Position numbers and translations under genes: made by a program | DNA from: Zygnema circumcarinatum SAG 698-1b | Taxonomy: Eukaryota; Plantae; Zygnematophyceae | Direction: 5' to 3' | DNA: 64,000 bases | Assembly: GCA_037447605.1 (NCBI GenBank) | Contig: CM074808.1 | Span: 4,211,674 to 4,275,673, forward strand | The notes under the pieces: model-generated | What the model saw: the letters and a program-made list of their open reading frames with translations, nothing else | What the model was told of the DNA's origin: nothing | The model's database searches: none | Shown: in pieces, positions 12,132 to 24,944 of the stretch | How positions within the stretch are numbered: the first letter of the stretch is position 1 | Layout: each line of letters begins with the position of its first letter

Positions 12132-15100
12132 ATGGATAGGAGTGTTTCCGTGAGGGGGAAGAAGAAGGATAGAGTACCCCTGAGGAAGCTCGCGCAGATT
12201 GCCTCAGTGGCTACTGGAGTGCAGTTCGGATGGGCATTGCAGCTGTCGCTACTCACTCCCTATGTGCAGGAACTTGGGATTCCGCATGCATGGGCATCTT
12301 TGATATGGCTTTGCGGCCCAATATCCGGCATGTTAGTTCAGGATGATTGTGAAAACTTCGTAACACGTGCACATTCTCCACTTATCGAGAGCCCGTCCTT
12401 CTGGTAATTTTTGTTTCCTTGATGGAGTCTGCATGCAAATCTTCCCTTCTTCGGCGCCTTAATCATTTATTCACTTATGCGATACGACTTAAAGTTTACA
12501 TCCTGAGCATAACCCACACAATGCTATGGTCTAATCTGCCCTTGTTTCCTGACACTAGCGTACCGCATAGTGCGCAAACGTGATGTTTGTTTATTCGAAC
12601 ATCAGCCTGCATAGTACGTATTATCATCGATATGTACATATCATATACATACCTTGGGCATTGATGAGCGTCCTGAACTCATCAACGTCTTAAATGCATT
12701 GCCGCATGGAGTGTCTGCTAGTTGCCCTTTGGGAGAGGGGGGGGGAAGCTTTCCTGAGCGCTCTCTTAAAAATCAAGTCGTTTGCGATTGACAAGTCATG
12801 AGGAATTTATCATCGTGTTTGGTTACTGCAGCCATTGTGGGACATTACATGATATCTGTAAACAAGCCAGTATGGACGCCGGAGGCCGTTCATTGTCGTT
12901 GGGGCCATTCTTGTTTCCCTAGGCGTCGTGGTTATTGGGTTTTCTGCAGATATTGGCAGTCTTCTCGGTGACAGAAAAGAGTTCAAGCCTTGGGCCATAG
13001 GCATATTCATCCTAGGTATCTGGTAACTCAAAGTACAGAAGTTCTGGACTCTTCGTTTCCAGCCAAAAAATGGCAAATTGACAACTTCTTTAATGCTCAT
13101 TCTGCTGCGCCTGATAATTCTGACTCTTCCGTGTCTTAATATCGATGGGGCCATTTTAATTTTATACCATTCATAAAATTCCGGCATTCGTTGCTTGCTG
13201 TGTAAATGATAAATTCATCGTTTCAGGATTAGAGTGTTACGGCTGTTTTGGTCGCTGTTCCTGAAAAACGTCTGTACTTTTTCTTGTTTCGCGTGCTGTT
13301 CTCCACTAAGAAAGCATGCACTGGCCTTTGCGTTCAGAGATTACCTCACTTCTTTTCTGCTCACCAATTGCAGCATTTCGTAATTTGCAAACAACACCCT
13401 TCAGGGCCTTGTCGTGCCTCCTTGCAGACTTCACGGGTGTGTTTCACTTCACTTTTATATCCGAGACAGAACCTTGTATCGAAATCATTCATGCCGATTT
13501 AGGAACTCCTTTTGCCAATTCCTCCGTTGCAAGGGCGGCCTGCAGGTCTAATGGGCCGTCATTTTTGCAGGCATTCAGCATGCTCAGATAGCCAGTGAAC
13601 TTCGGTTCTGGCTCTTGCATCTGAAGCCCAGCAGAGCTTTAGTGAGCAAACATTTTTTCCGTCTATTTAGATGGAAACAATTGACTCTCTAGCACCCACC
13701 CTTTCATTGACATTTGTTGGATGAGCTTTTGATTGATCTGTGTAACCTCATGTTGGGAGCATAAGGCTGTACAATAGCCAAAAACCTACGAAAGAAGTGC
13801 CGATCGTGTTTTGTGCTTCCTCCAAAATCATTTGCTGTCCATGGGGGAAAAAAAAAATCAATCGCTTCCTTCGGTGCGAAAAAGTTTCCTTTCAGGTTCC
13901 GACAATCATTACAGAAGTTGTGCATGGCATAATTACTTGCTGTCGGCATGTCTTTTGATTGCTCCTGCTGCAGGTAGAGATGCCAAGCGTACCCGCAGGG
14001 CCAATGCATTCTTTTCATTTTTTATGGCCGTTGGAAACATTCTCGGATTTGCAACTGGTTCTTTTGACGGCTGGTATAAAATTTTTCCGTTCACTCTAAC
14101 AAGCGGATGTGATGAAGCTTGTGCAAACCTGAAAACGGCGTTTTTGATCGCGGTCATTCTCTTGCTTGCCACAACTTTTCTAAGTGTCACTGCGGCTAAG
14201 GAGAAGCCGTGGGTTCCTGACTCGCAGCTACCAACCAGGTGACCCCTCCTTACTGTTTGGGTATCTTCACTTTTGTTTCGCTTGGCGCTCTTCGTGTGGG
14301 CTCACGCGCCTGCAAGGTCGAACTGTAATGCTAGTCAGTGCTTGTCGGATTTCTTTGGTTCGGGAGCAGCTAGTGCCGCGGCACTTCAAGGGAGAAAACA
14401 TAGTTGTGACACTCTTTTGTTGAGTTCCAACTGACATTCCTGATATTCTGTGCTTCTGGCTGTTTGTGTCTCAGTACTACGCCACTTTTAAGTGATCACA
14501 AGTCAAGAACAGAAAGAAGGGCTCAGATTAGTGGTGCGATACCAACGACCGTCAGATAGGGTGACGTGCAATCTGCGCATAGTACTAGCACAGCCACGGA
14601 TGCTCTCGTGACTGTGGGGGGTACTGCTGATGGTTCTCAAACTGTTGAAAATGACGAAGACGATGAAGATGAAGAGGAGGAGGAGATGGAAGAAGAGGAA
14701 ACCAAATGGGTGCTGTCAGAGCTCCTTTCAGCTTTGAAGGACCTTCCAGCTCCAATGTGGTATGTCCTTCTTGTAACAGGCCTTACGTGGCTTTCTTGGT
14801 TCCCTTTCCTTCTGTTCGATACGGATTGGATGGGTCGTGAATTGTACAGAGGCTCTGCAGACGGAACACAGCCGGAAGTAAAAAGGTACTACAGTGGGGT
14901 CCATACGGGAGCATTAGGCCTCATGTTCAACTCCGTGATTTTGGGCCTTTCCTCCTTGGTCGTGGAGCCTCTTTGTCGAAGACTGGGCTCTCGTACTGTA
15001 TGGGCGGTCTCCAATTTCATCATCTCCGGCTGTCTCCTGGGAACTTACTTCGTGGAACCTGGAGTGACGTCTCACCTGGTCCATTGCCTACCCGCACTGG

Positions 15101-15545
15101 TTGGCCATTGGTATTTTTGCCATTCTCGGCTTTCCTCTTGCGGTGAGTTCTTGTTTCTCTAGACCGTTCAACAACAGGTAATGACAAATATCTTGCTAGC
15201 GCGGTTTTTGGGAGTTTTTTGAAATGGTTTGAAGATGGACTTTTCCACTTCAATGTTCATAAGCCTTCACAACTTGAAAGAAAACGAGGCATTTTAGTGA
15301 GCTTGGTATGCTTTTGGCTCTTACTACTTATTTCGCATGATTGTATGCTGGTTTCGAAACATATTTCTTTGCGAAGCCTAAGTTAAATTAGTAGTTCCGC
15401 ACCTCTTGAAGCTAACATAGACCTGCGACTTCTAGAATGCAGAAGCTTACTGCTCGCTTTTTCTGCTTTGAGGGAATGACAGGTGACTTACAGTGTGCCC
15501 TATTCACTCACTGCGACCTTCACGAGCTTCTAAGCGGTGGTCAAG
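12132..15545 (+). CDS. SUT: Sucrose/H+ symporter (SUT/SUC, GPH family), C-terminus lost at gap; frameshifts and one in-frame stop in this sequence
   Basis: [42 protein letters not shown] (12132-12341); [11 protein letters not shown] (~12870); ANNTLQGPCRALLAD (~13390, indels); [25 protein letters not shown] (13974-14238); [17 protein letters not shown] and [10 protein letters not shown] (14475-15142); [14 protein letters not shown] (15483-15545). Confidence 0.92.
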
Positions 15546-16006
15546 GTGAGATCATGCTACGTCCGCCGGACTCAGTGTAGCCTTCAGTTTGTTTCAATTT
15601 CTGCGACCAGGGCAGGATGTAAGGAGGATTAAAAGAGTGGGTTCTAGGCCCAAAGCCATGCCAAAAAAGCATCCATCCACAAGCTAATGNNNNNNNNNNN
15701 NNNNNNNNNNNNNNNNNNNNNNNNNNNNNNNNNNNNNNNNNNNNNNNNNNNNNNNNNNNNNNNNNNNNNNNNNNNNNNNNNNNNNNNNNAAAGAATCATC
15801 AACATGCCGTGATTTTGAAAAATGACTGTCTTCAAATTGTCTTCAAATTGGACTCTCTAGTTCTGAATTGCTTGATTTGATGTCTGTTGTTAGATATTTC
15901 ACAACTTTGACTCTGCACTATTCCACGAGGTGCTGGATCAACCATTGCAATGGTTGCGAATTATTGATTCGCGACCAACCACTGCTAATGGTTCCAACCA
16001 TTGGAT

Positions 16007-19000
16007 TCAATGGTTGCAAACCATCGATGTTCGCGAATGGCTGCCCCAAGAAAATTGACGTGGAGGTGGCACGGGAGGAAAGACTTCATGTGCATCAGGA
16101 TAATATCTATTTACAAAAGTTGTCTGCAACATAAAACAAAAAACAAAAAATGTTAGGATTAAGGTTGGCGGCAGGACATTGCCGTTCAAATTGTGCTACT
16201 TTCCTTTTTAGGCAACCCTAAAGTAAAAAAACAAAATGCAAGTTAATCATCCTCCTACCCTCCTTAATCGACACACTCTTACCTTCATCCATTTTAATGG
16301 AGTTTCTGGTGGCTCCTTCGGATAAAACTTGTAAACTTTCATGTCTTCCAAAGACTTGCGCTCTGCCTCTGACATTGAATCAATTTCTTGCTGTTTTTTT
16401 GCACGAGCCTGCCATGATGCGACAAACTCACTCTCTTTGTTAACAAGTTAACAAATTATATGTAATAAAAAACAAACATTCATATTAACATTTATATGAT
16501 CCCCTACTCTTTGGCATGTCTAAGCCTTTCCAGTTGAACTGCATCTTCTTATGTAACGCAAACAAGGGTCAAGCGTCTACTAACAAGTTTAGTGACTGGC
16601 GAAGTGACTGCCCAAAGGTTATCATTCAAGATTTCTTTAGAGCCAAAAAGCATGCAAACAGCTTATTGATGACTCTAGCAACTCTAAAGGTAGACAAAAA
16701 AACCCTAAAAACCCTAAAAACCCTAAAACCCCTAAAGTCCCTAAAAACCCTACAACAGTTTATGTCTCAACTCACCTCCCTGATCGTGGCCTTTGCCGCA
16801 TCCGCTTCCGCTTTGCAGTGCGCCTGGCCCATAAATTCAAAGCAATGCAAATATCACACATCCAATCAGGAAATCAAATGTGCCCAAAGATTCTAAAACA
16901 CATAAACCAAAAACAATGACAGTGAGGAGTGTCAGTTGCTCCCTCGACAGTGGCTGATCGATAGTTCCTGCCTTCCGTCTCCACTGCCAGGTTGGTCACA
17001 GGTTGGTGACTTACCCAAAAATTGTCGTGTTCTGAATCGGGCAGGTCGGTTTCAGCAGAAACCCTGGCCAAAAAATCCTGCAAGTAGAATGAAACAGCCC
17101 GAACCATAAACAGTTTACTTAGGATCACATTGAAAGCAGCATTTTCGTTTGGAGATCAAGGCGTCACGAAGTGAAGGCCACGTACATCTTTGTCGTCATC
17201 ATATTTCCAATCATATTCTGTGACAATCTGCCCACCCAGCTCTCCACACCCCAAATCATATAATCACATATAAGACACTCCCCTTAAGCCATCCCTTGTC
17301 TGAATTCCAATTGGCCTGCAAGGATAGGGCTAATAGTCACGGTGGACTCAACGTTCACCCCACTTGATCCCTTCATTATGAAAGCTTATTGTGTTTTCTA
17401 TGTCTAGCCTCGGATCGAGTGCAAAGGACGCACCGGTGCCTTTCCCTCGTCATATTCAAACAGAATCTGGACGGTAGAGACTGCTTCTGGGAGATTCCCT
17501 TCTTTCTCTGGGTTGAAAATATCTGTGAAGGAACACCCAATAGTTCAGTATCTAACCTGGCAGCAACCAAATGAACAGGAATATCTGCGCACATGCGGCT
17601 GATTTCAAGAATCAAGACAGGAAAGCGCACAAGAACCTGCAAGACAGTTGAATAGGAAGGAATAACACTCACATGGAACCACATATTCAAATTTTTTAAG
17701 ATCCTCCTCTGTCATCCTTCTCAAACTTTCCCTGCATAATGCACTTGGAAGTACGTGTTAGCAACTCACTCGACAATACATGATTTAGGCGTGAATCTGG
17801 AAAATAACGGAGAAGCATCAAGACAAATGCAACAACAGTTTCCGTAGTACCTCCGTTGTTTGCACTTCATAAAATGAATTTTGACATCAGAACGACCTTT
17901 TCTCCTGCACACAAAACCAAACAACGAAAAGCAAAAAATAGAGTTGAGAAACTCAGCAATGTTCAATCACATGAGCATACAACTGAACACGTAAAATTAA
18001 GAATATCGCAAGTATTATTACTTGTCGAAGTACGGTATCCAGGAGAACTTTAGTTCGTCCATATGTATAATTTCTTCCCCCCTCGTGACGGACGTCACCC
18101 CGAGCTTGTAAGACGGGGGCAGTGGAGAAACCACCTGCATCCATAACACAAGTCTTAATCAGATTAGTCCATGACCTCTACAATCGCATTTGTGAACAAA
18201 GGAATCAAAGCTCTAAGGGCTAAGGGATGAGGTTTAGCAAGATAAAGGCCAGCAACTTACAGCGACTATCACCGGGATCACATAAACTTTCCCCTCTAGA
18301 TCGTGTTGGCCTGCATTTAACAAACAATTCAACATTGACTTTTCAATGCGGAGAAACAAATTCAGAGCATGGCAATTTGTTCCTACTTTAAGTTGATGGT
18401 CCTTCAACTGTAAAACAAACCTTTACCTTCAGTTGATCCAAATACCCAACACGTTCTCCCGTGGAGAACCGCACCAGGCTTGAATGCTTCCTGCAAAAGT
18501 TTTTGAAGCATCTTGATTAGTACAATGAATAACTAAAAAATGAATAAGGTGAGCAAACTAATGTATTCAACTACTACGTATCATTGCTAAAATGTACAAG
18601 AGAAAAGTAGAGCGTTATGAAAGATGAGAGATTTACCTCAAAGGAAGAAAAATCCCAGTTTTCTTTATGCATCCGATCACATATAGCCCACTGTAAACGA
18701 GCAAGAGGTTATTAATAGCCAAAATTTTGCAAAAGTAAAAAAAAAAAAACCAACTGGCTGCTTAAAACAAGAAAACTGAAAAAAAACACCTTACCTCAGT
18801 CCCAACCAGAAATATCTCCTTCCAAAGGTTTTCCTGCGAACGGAGACATGTCTCTACCAACTTTGGCTCATCTTTCGCTATCTCTGTAGGCGAAGACTCA
18901 GTTTCTTCTTTTGCTTCAGCATTTGCTCTCATTTCGGCTCCTTCTCCCTTGCCTTCCACTTCGCCCTCATTCTCCTCTGCCTTATCTTCCTCATCCAAAC

Positions 19001-20630
19001 CTTTCTCAGATGGACGATATTCCTCTATAAGGCGTCGGATGATACCCTTCTCCTTCTGCAGATCACCGGACAAGGAATCCCCTGAAAAGATATAAAAAAA
19101 AAAAAAACACTAGATTTATGGTTAGATTCAATCCATTGCAGTGATAATGTTCAATGATAATAACCCACAGGCATGGCTGCCTGCAGCCTTTCCACTAGAA
19201 CTTTTAAAGGAAACCCGGGAAGGAAAGAAGTCGTCTTACCAACAAAGTCTATGTCATCCTCATCAGTAATCTGCACGTTACAATGACAAATTAAGAGGAC
19301 AGTACGAGCACCCTTGCAGGAAAATCAGCAGTACCTACACCAATAAAACATACATGCCCGGCAACCATTAGCAAAAGCATCATTAGCAAAAGCATACATG
19401 ATCAAGGTCGACGCACCTTTTTCGGGCTACAACTGGCCACTAAGACCTTGACTTGTGTCCTCAAATTCTGCTCTGCAGCGGGAGGTTTTTTCTTGCCTGC
19501 ATCGCAATACTGTTGTGATCAGTATCCCTCAATCATCCAAAGAATGGTTCCAAAACTGTAAAACATGCAAAATCATTTGTTTTACCTGTCCTCCTTCGCA
19601 CACTTGGATTTCCTGAAATCCTCATCCACTTGGTCGGAGTGGACTCCTCGTCATCTTCTTCTTCTTCTCCTTCATCATTGTGCCTCCGCTTGGCAGTTGG
19701 ATTAGACGGCTACAATTCCAGCATGAAAAAAAAAAAATGAATAGAAATTGTGCTAACCACAACAAACAACTCGCACACTTTCCTACAGGAAGGCAGGCAA
19801 GGCATTCTTTGGCGGCTTGCCCAAGCAACGCCAACGAACGTCCACAAACAATTCATCTAGGCAAAAACACCAGACCACCTGTGGGCCATCTCTTCACTGC
19901 TATGGCCAACGGCGGACTCCTGCTAAGGTGAAGAACCCTTACCTTGGCTTGCACTGCCTTTGCTGGAGGTGTGCATTTCTTGGAGTCCAGCAGCATAACA
20001 CACAGGAAGTTTCTGACAGTTCAGCAGTTGCAAGAGTAGCAGCCTCACCTTTTGACAAACAAAAGAGTTGCAGATACAGAAAAATGCTAAACAGCTGATT
20101 TTGAAGATTCAATTAAGTGACGGACCTGGGCAATTGTTGACGGGGGCCCCAGCCTCAGCAAGAGAGAACACACACGCTCAATCTGCTCCTCCTGCAAACA
20201 CCGAACAAACAAACAGAGAAAAGCATCATCAGGAAATGTGCACTGCGCAAACTACAGAAGCACTAAATAGCAATAACAATAATAATAATAGCAGAATACA
20301 TACCGTTTTTCCATCAGCGTTGGGAAGATCAAGGAGCTCTAGGAGCTGCTGGAAATTTTCCTCTGTGTAACGTTCGAGTTTTTCCTTCAGTTTCGCTTTT
20401 TTCACCTCCTCACCCTCCTCGCCCTTCTCCTTTTCCGCTTCCTTCTCCTCTCCGAACTTTTTCTCTTCCTCCTTTTCAGCCTTTTCCTCCATGCCTTCCG
20501 CTCCTGTCTCCTTCTCCTCTCCTGACTTTTTCCCTCCCTCCCCTACACCTCCCTTAATCGTTGTCTCCACATTTTCTGGAGCATCTGCCACTTCTGAATG
20601 GTTACTCGATATACCCCATTTATATGGCAT
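16007..20630 (-). CDS. HIT4: HEAT-INTOLERANT 4 (HIT4)-family protein with N-terminal DEK-like (SAP-like and DEK_C-like) domains
   Basis: Successive GT-AG exons spell ENLWKEIFLVGTE / WAICDRMHKENWDFSSFE / EAFKPGAVLHGRTCWVFGSTE / SPLPPSYKLGVTSV..IPY / KCKQRR / LKKFEYVVP / EYDW / MKVYKFYP / TFVNRYYPDAHEV, colinear with recalled Arabidopsis HIT4. Upstream exons give KKAKLKEKLERYTEENFQQLLELLDLP (20304-~20600) and a DEK_C-like helix bundle. Start codon uncertain. Confidence 0.85.
16701..16752 (-). repeat. Interstitial telomere-like tract inside a HIT4 intron
   Basis: aaccctaaaaaccctaaaaaccctaaaacccctaaagtccctaaaaacccta, lying between exons 16776-16823 and ~16285-16428. Confidence 0.85.
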
Positions 20631-23051
20631 TGGATCCAACAAAAAGCACAACAAAACTGCACGTTTGACGTGGCAACGTCAGACTCGTGGCAACTATACC
20701 CTATTTTCATGAAATTCTTGTTTTAGCGTGGTACGTTTGTGCTGTGATTAATTTGACCAATACCATATCCTTTTCGGGCGTTGTCAACCGAATGATTCCA
20801 AATCATAGTTAGTCCACATTCAACCTCCAAAAAACCAGAGTTTAAAAGTGTACCGTGAAGAGGTCAGCGATCTTCCACGAAGCTTGGCGCACCAGAAATG
20901 AAGGACGTCAAAGACGTACAGAACGCAAATGATCGACGAACAAATCTATTTATGAAGCAACACCTAATGAGGCTGTTGTAACAATGGATAATGAAACCGC
21001 TACCCTTTATCGAAGTACAAAGGGTACAAACTGCAAAATAAACGGTACGTTTGAGCTGTTATTCTGTTTGTCAACACCATAACCGTTTCGAGAGTTGTAA
21101 ACTGAACCATTTGAAATGGACTTTCGATTCTGCTTTTCGGTTAACAATGCCCGAAACGGCATGTCGGTAGCAGTTGTGTCACCAACATGCCGTCATTGAA
21201 ACGTCGTCGACGTGACCGTATCGGCACGAAACGGCTTTATTTTGTTTTTTTTTTTTTTTGGGACGGAGATGTGGTCATTTTTTGTTTTTGTTTTTTTGTA
21301 ATCGCGTGAGTGTGATTGTTTGTTGACAATTCCCGGAAACGTCAGGTTTGTATCGGTATCTGATCAGAAATAGAATCGAACCGCTAACGCCTCGTGACAA
21401 TTTACGAGAGAATAGACGGCAACGTTTGTCCACATGTCAATGTCTTATTGTAATGATAACCCGTCACCTCATTTTGAATAACTCGCCACCCTGATATTTT
21501 TTATTAGTAAAATGAAATATCGGCTTGCCGAATCGCAATCACGAAAGGATCCGTCCGCCACGAGATCGTTCGCGGGTGTGCAATCTTCACACGTGCGATA
21601 TGTCTCCGCCGTCGATTTTTTCGCACATTTGCGCACGGCAAATCTAGGTTCGATCTGCTATCGGGCTCGGTTCCAGCGAATATGGTACGTGCCGACGTGT
21701 CGCATCCAAGCGGCCTGGCCAGTGCGGGGCCGTTCGTCAATCGGCACGAGATCCCCGTAAAATTATCAGTTGGACCGGCCAGCCGGCGGCGGCTCATTAG
21801 CGTCGACTGAAACAATCACTCACCATCTGCCACATGTCCTTCTGTATGACGTGACACATTTTGATTTGCTGATGATCTTAATGTAACGTATTTCGAACGA
21901 ACGGAAAAAAACGTTTCGCGACAGATCTCGTGGCCGACAGATCTTCCGCTGCGAGCTGATTCGGGCAGGTCAATATTTTATTTTTGTGAACTTATATACC
22001 CCCAATGAGGACCAACGTAAAAGAGCGTGTCCCTATATTGACAAAACAAGCTCTTACGGTTTACCAACACAAACCGGTACAACCGGTATTTGTTAAGTCA
22101 CATCAAATAGCACTGTCGTAACAATGGATTCGGCAACGGCTACCCTTTGTCAAACTACAAATACAGCTGTTACGTATCTGTCAAACACGACACGCTACGT
22201 TAAAGCGGTTCTTAATTTGACCAACACGATGACCGTTTCGGGCGTTGTCAACCGAACCATTTCAAATCTTGCGTGTCCATAGTTTGACAACACAAGCTGT
22301 TACGGTTTGCCAACACATACCGGTACAAACATCCCGTTTCAAGCATTGTCAACCGACAATCACAATCCTGCGATTACGAAAATCGTACAGAAAAAGACCC
22401 ACATCCTCGTCCACAATGATTGTCCAAATACAGCCGTTTCGTGCCAGTACGGTGACCACGACGATTGACCTACCGATTGCCCTCACGTTGTAAATCCTTT
22501 GACCGTCAACACTGTCGCCATTTTCCGGCTGCCGTCCGTACAGCCGTCCGTTCAGATTCGCAGACCCACGCATGGGTGGTCCACATGGCACTGCTTGATT
22601 CGTAGCCGACATTCTGAGGCGACTCCACTGACGCTTCTTTCCGCCGCTTCGTGCACCACCGTTGACTTCAATCAACTTTACCAACACACACCGGTACGAA
22701 CATGCCGTTTCCGGCATTGTCACCTCATAATCACAATCCCGCGATTTGCGCGAACAAAAAATGACGGAAAAGGAAAGTTACGAAAGTACTCCTCTATACC
22801 AGGGTCGCGATATCACCGGAGTACTCGTTCTAGTGTCAAACATACTGACGTTTGTTACGTTTCGTTTCGGTGGTATCAAACAGAACAAATATTGACGGAA
22901 AAGGAAAGTTACGAAAGTCAACAGGCCAATCGATCGGCCGCGCGTCGTATGCGCGTATCGCATGAACGACGTCGCCGGTGTCGCATGCGTGCGTCGTGAA
23001 TTTTGCACCGTCGATCAGCCTCTATTGATTAATGATGACGTCAGCCATCTC
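20605..23051. repeat. Non-coding mosaic repeat with internal duplications (probable non-autonomous transposon remnant)
   Basis: Blocks at ~20745 and ~22212 (ttaatttgaccaa..tttcgggcgttgtcaaccgaa), ~20975 and ~22115 (gtaacaatgga..gctaccctt), a triplicated ccaacacanaccggtac, and a 25-bp direct repeat at ~22765/22895; no credible ORF. Confidence 0.6.
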
Positions 23052-23061
23052 NNNNNNNNNN

Positions 23062-23570
23062 GAAGGGGAGAATGGTGGAAAAATGAAGGATGAAAACGAT
23101 GAAGAAGAAACATCGAGAGTCGAAAGAGCAGAATGGTGGAGGGGGGAAGGAAAAAAAGGAAGGGAAGTAACATGGAGTGTGATGAAGGGGAGAATGGTGG
23201 AGAAAGAAGGACGAAGAGAAGGAGGAAGGAATTAGATTGTAGTGAAAAGGAAAATGGTGGAAGGAAGAAGGAAGAAACAGAAGGAGATAGGAACATGGAG
23301 TGTGGTGAAAGGGAGAATGGTGGAAGTGAGAAGGAAGAAAAAGGGGGAGGAAGGAAAATGGAGTGTGTAAAGAGAAGAATGGTGGAAGGGAGAAGGAAGA
23401 AAGAGGAGAGGTTGTTGATGAAAGATGAAGGCTACTAACTAACAAGTCAGCCCGTCAGTCTGTCAGTTTGTCGGCCAGTCTGTGAGTCCGTCTGTCAGTC
23501 AGTCGTCTGTCTGTCGGCTAGTCTGTGAGTCCGTCTGTGAGTCAGTCTGTCTGTTTGTCGGCCAGTCTGT
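23062..23570. repeat. Purine-rich degenerate minisatellite followed by a (GTCT)-type microsatellite
   Basis: Repeated gaaggggagaatggtgga-like unit (~5 copies) to ~23430, then gtct/gtca repeats at 23445-23570. Confidence 0.75.
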
Positions 23571-23977
23571 GTAATGAGAGGTCCGGGGTCTGGCCTGACG
23601 GACCAGCGAGGAGGCGCGGGAGGTAGAGGGAGAGAGAGATAGAAGCCGGTTTCCGGATTGAATGCCGTTGCATTCGCCCCCGCCCCTATACGCTTCCCCC
23701 GTCGAACCCTCTACCAGCATGAGGGACCGGAAGCACGGCCCACCACTAGCGAGACGCCGCGTGGCTGGTGTAGCCCGTGGCGGATCGCCACGTGGAGTAT
23801 ATGTCAGCGCTCGACCCAGAGCCGTCGCGCAAGGTTCGGCGTCGTCGCATATACGACGCGCGCATACGACGCGCATATGCGACACGCGACCGACACCCGC
23901 GCGCGGCGCCCGCCGAAAGGCGGCGCGCGTCCGTACGCGCGCGGTCCTAGTATGTCGGTCCCCCGGCNNNNNNNNNN

Positions 23978-24944
23978 TATAAGTTCACGAGCTCTTGGCA
24001 ATGGGTCAAATTGCCTTCTTTCTCCCACGTGCTATGTTCAACCCCATAGCCCAGCCACTTCACGAGATATTCGTGGCGGGAGGTCTGACCCCTTTTCACG
24101 GTTCGGTGGGTCTGAATGGACTCGACCTCGTACTCGAGGTCGCCTTCAATATCCACTGGGGGTGGAGGTGGCTGGATCCTCCCGTCACTCAAGTAGCGCT
24201 TTAGCAGACTCACATGAAACACCGGATGTATCTTCATGTGAGCCGGTAAAGCCAGCTTGTAAGCGACTTCGCCAATGCGGCTCAAGACCTTGAATGGCCC
24301 GATGAACCGTGGCCACAACTTACGGGTTCCCCCTCGAAGCTCTCGCCCAAACTGCCAGAGCCAAGAAGACGTCCGCTTCCCGTGCCGAACGCTGAAGCCG
24401 AGTCCGCTTATGACAAGATAGATCTTCGTCGGGATCGTAAGCCGCCAAAGAAGGTCGCCTTTGCACGCCGCATACAGCTTCTGACATGAGTTTTAACAAA
24501 AGATCTAACGGCGGGTGGGTGATCCCCCCCAGCTCCTCTCAAGCCCCAAGGGTCATCGTCCCGGTGGATGCCTTCATTCCACGAGGACGGCGGCTGATCC
24601 CTTGGCTGCAGGCGATTTAGAGGATGCTGACCAAAATTCAGAAAGAAGGGGGTCGTACCGATTGATTCCTGATGAGCATTGTTGATGGCGTACTCCGCCA
24701 ATGGGAGCAAGGTATCCCACTCATCCGGCGTGGGTCCCACGTAATGCCGCAGGAAATCTTCCACAATGCGGTTGACCCTCTCCGTTTGGCCGTCAGTTTG
24801 CGGATGAAAAGCTGTGCTGAGCGCTTGCTTGGTGCCCACGATTTTCAGAATTTCAGTCTAAAAGTGACCGGTAAATCGGGGATCTCTGTCAGAAACAATG
24901 GTGGACTGAAAACCATGCAAGCTCCACACCTTGTCAACGTAGAT
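23978..24944 (-). mobile_element. Chromovirus element A, 3' half (integrase core C-half + chromodomain)
   Basis: YVDKVW..TAFHPQTDGQTERVNR, WPRFIGPF (GPF/Y motif), YEVESIQTHR..YLVKWLGYGVEHSTWE (chromodomain); frameshifted; cut by gap at 23968. Confidence 0.9.

Noticed and set aside
11553-12256. Overlapping ORFs upstream of the SUT gene
   Set aside because: GC-rich promoter/5' UTR sequence with CCAAT- and ACGT-type boxes; no frame gives a recognisable protein.
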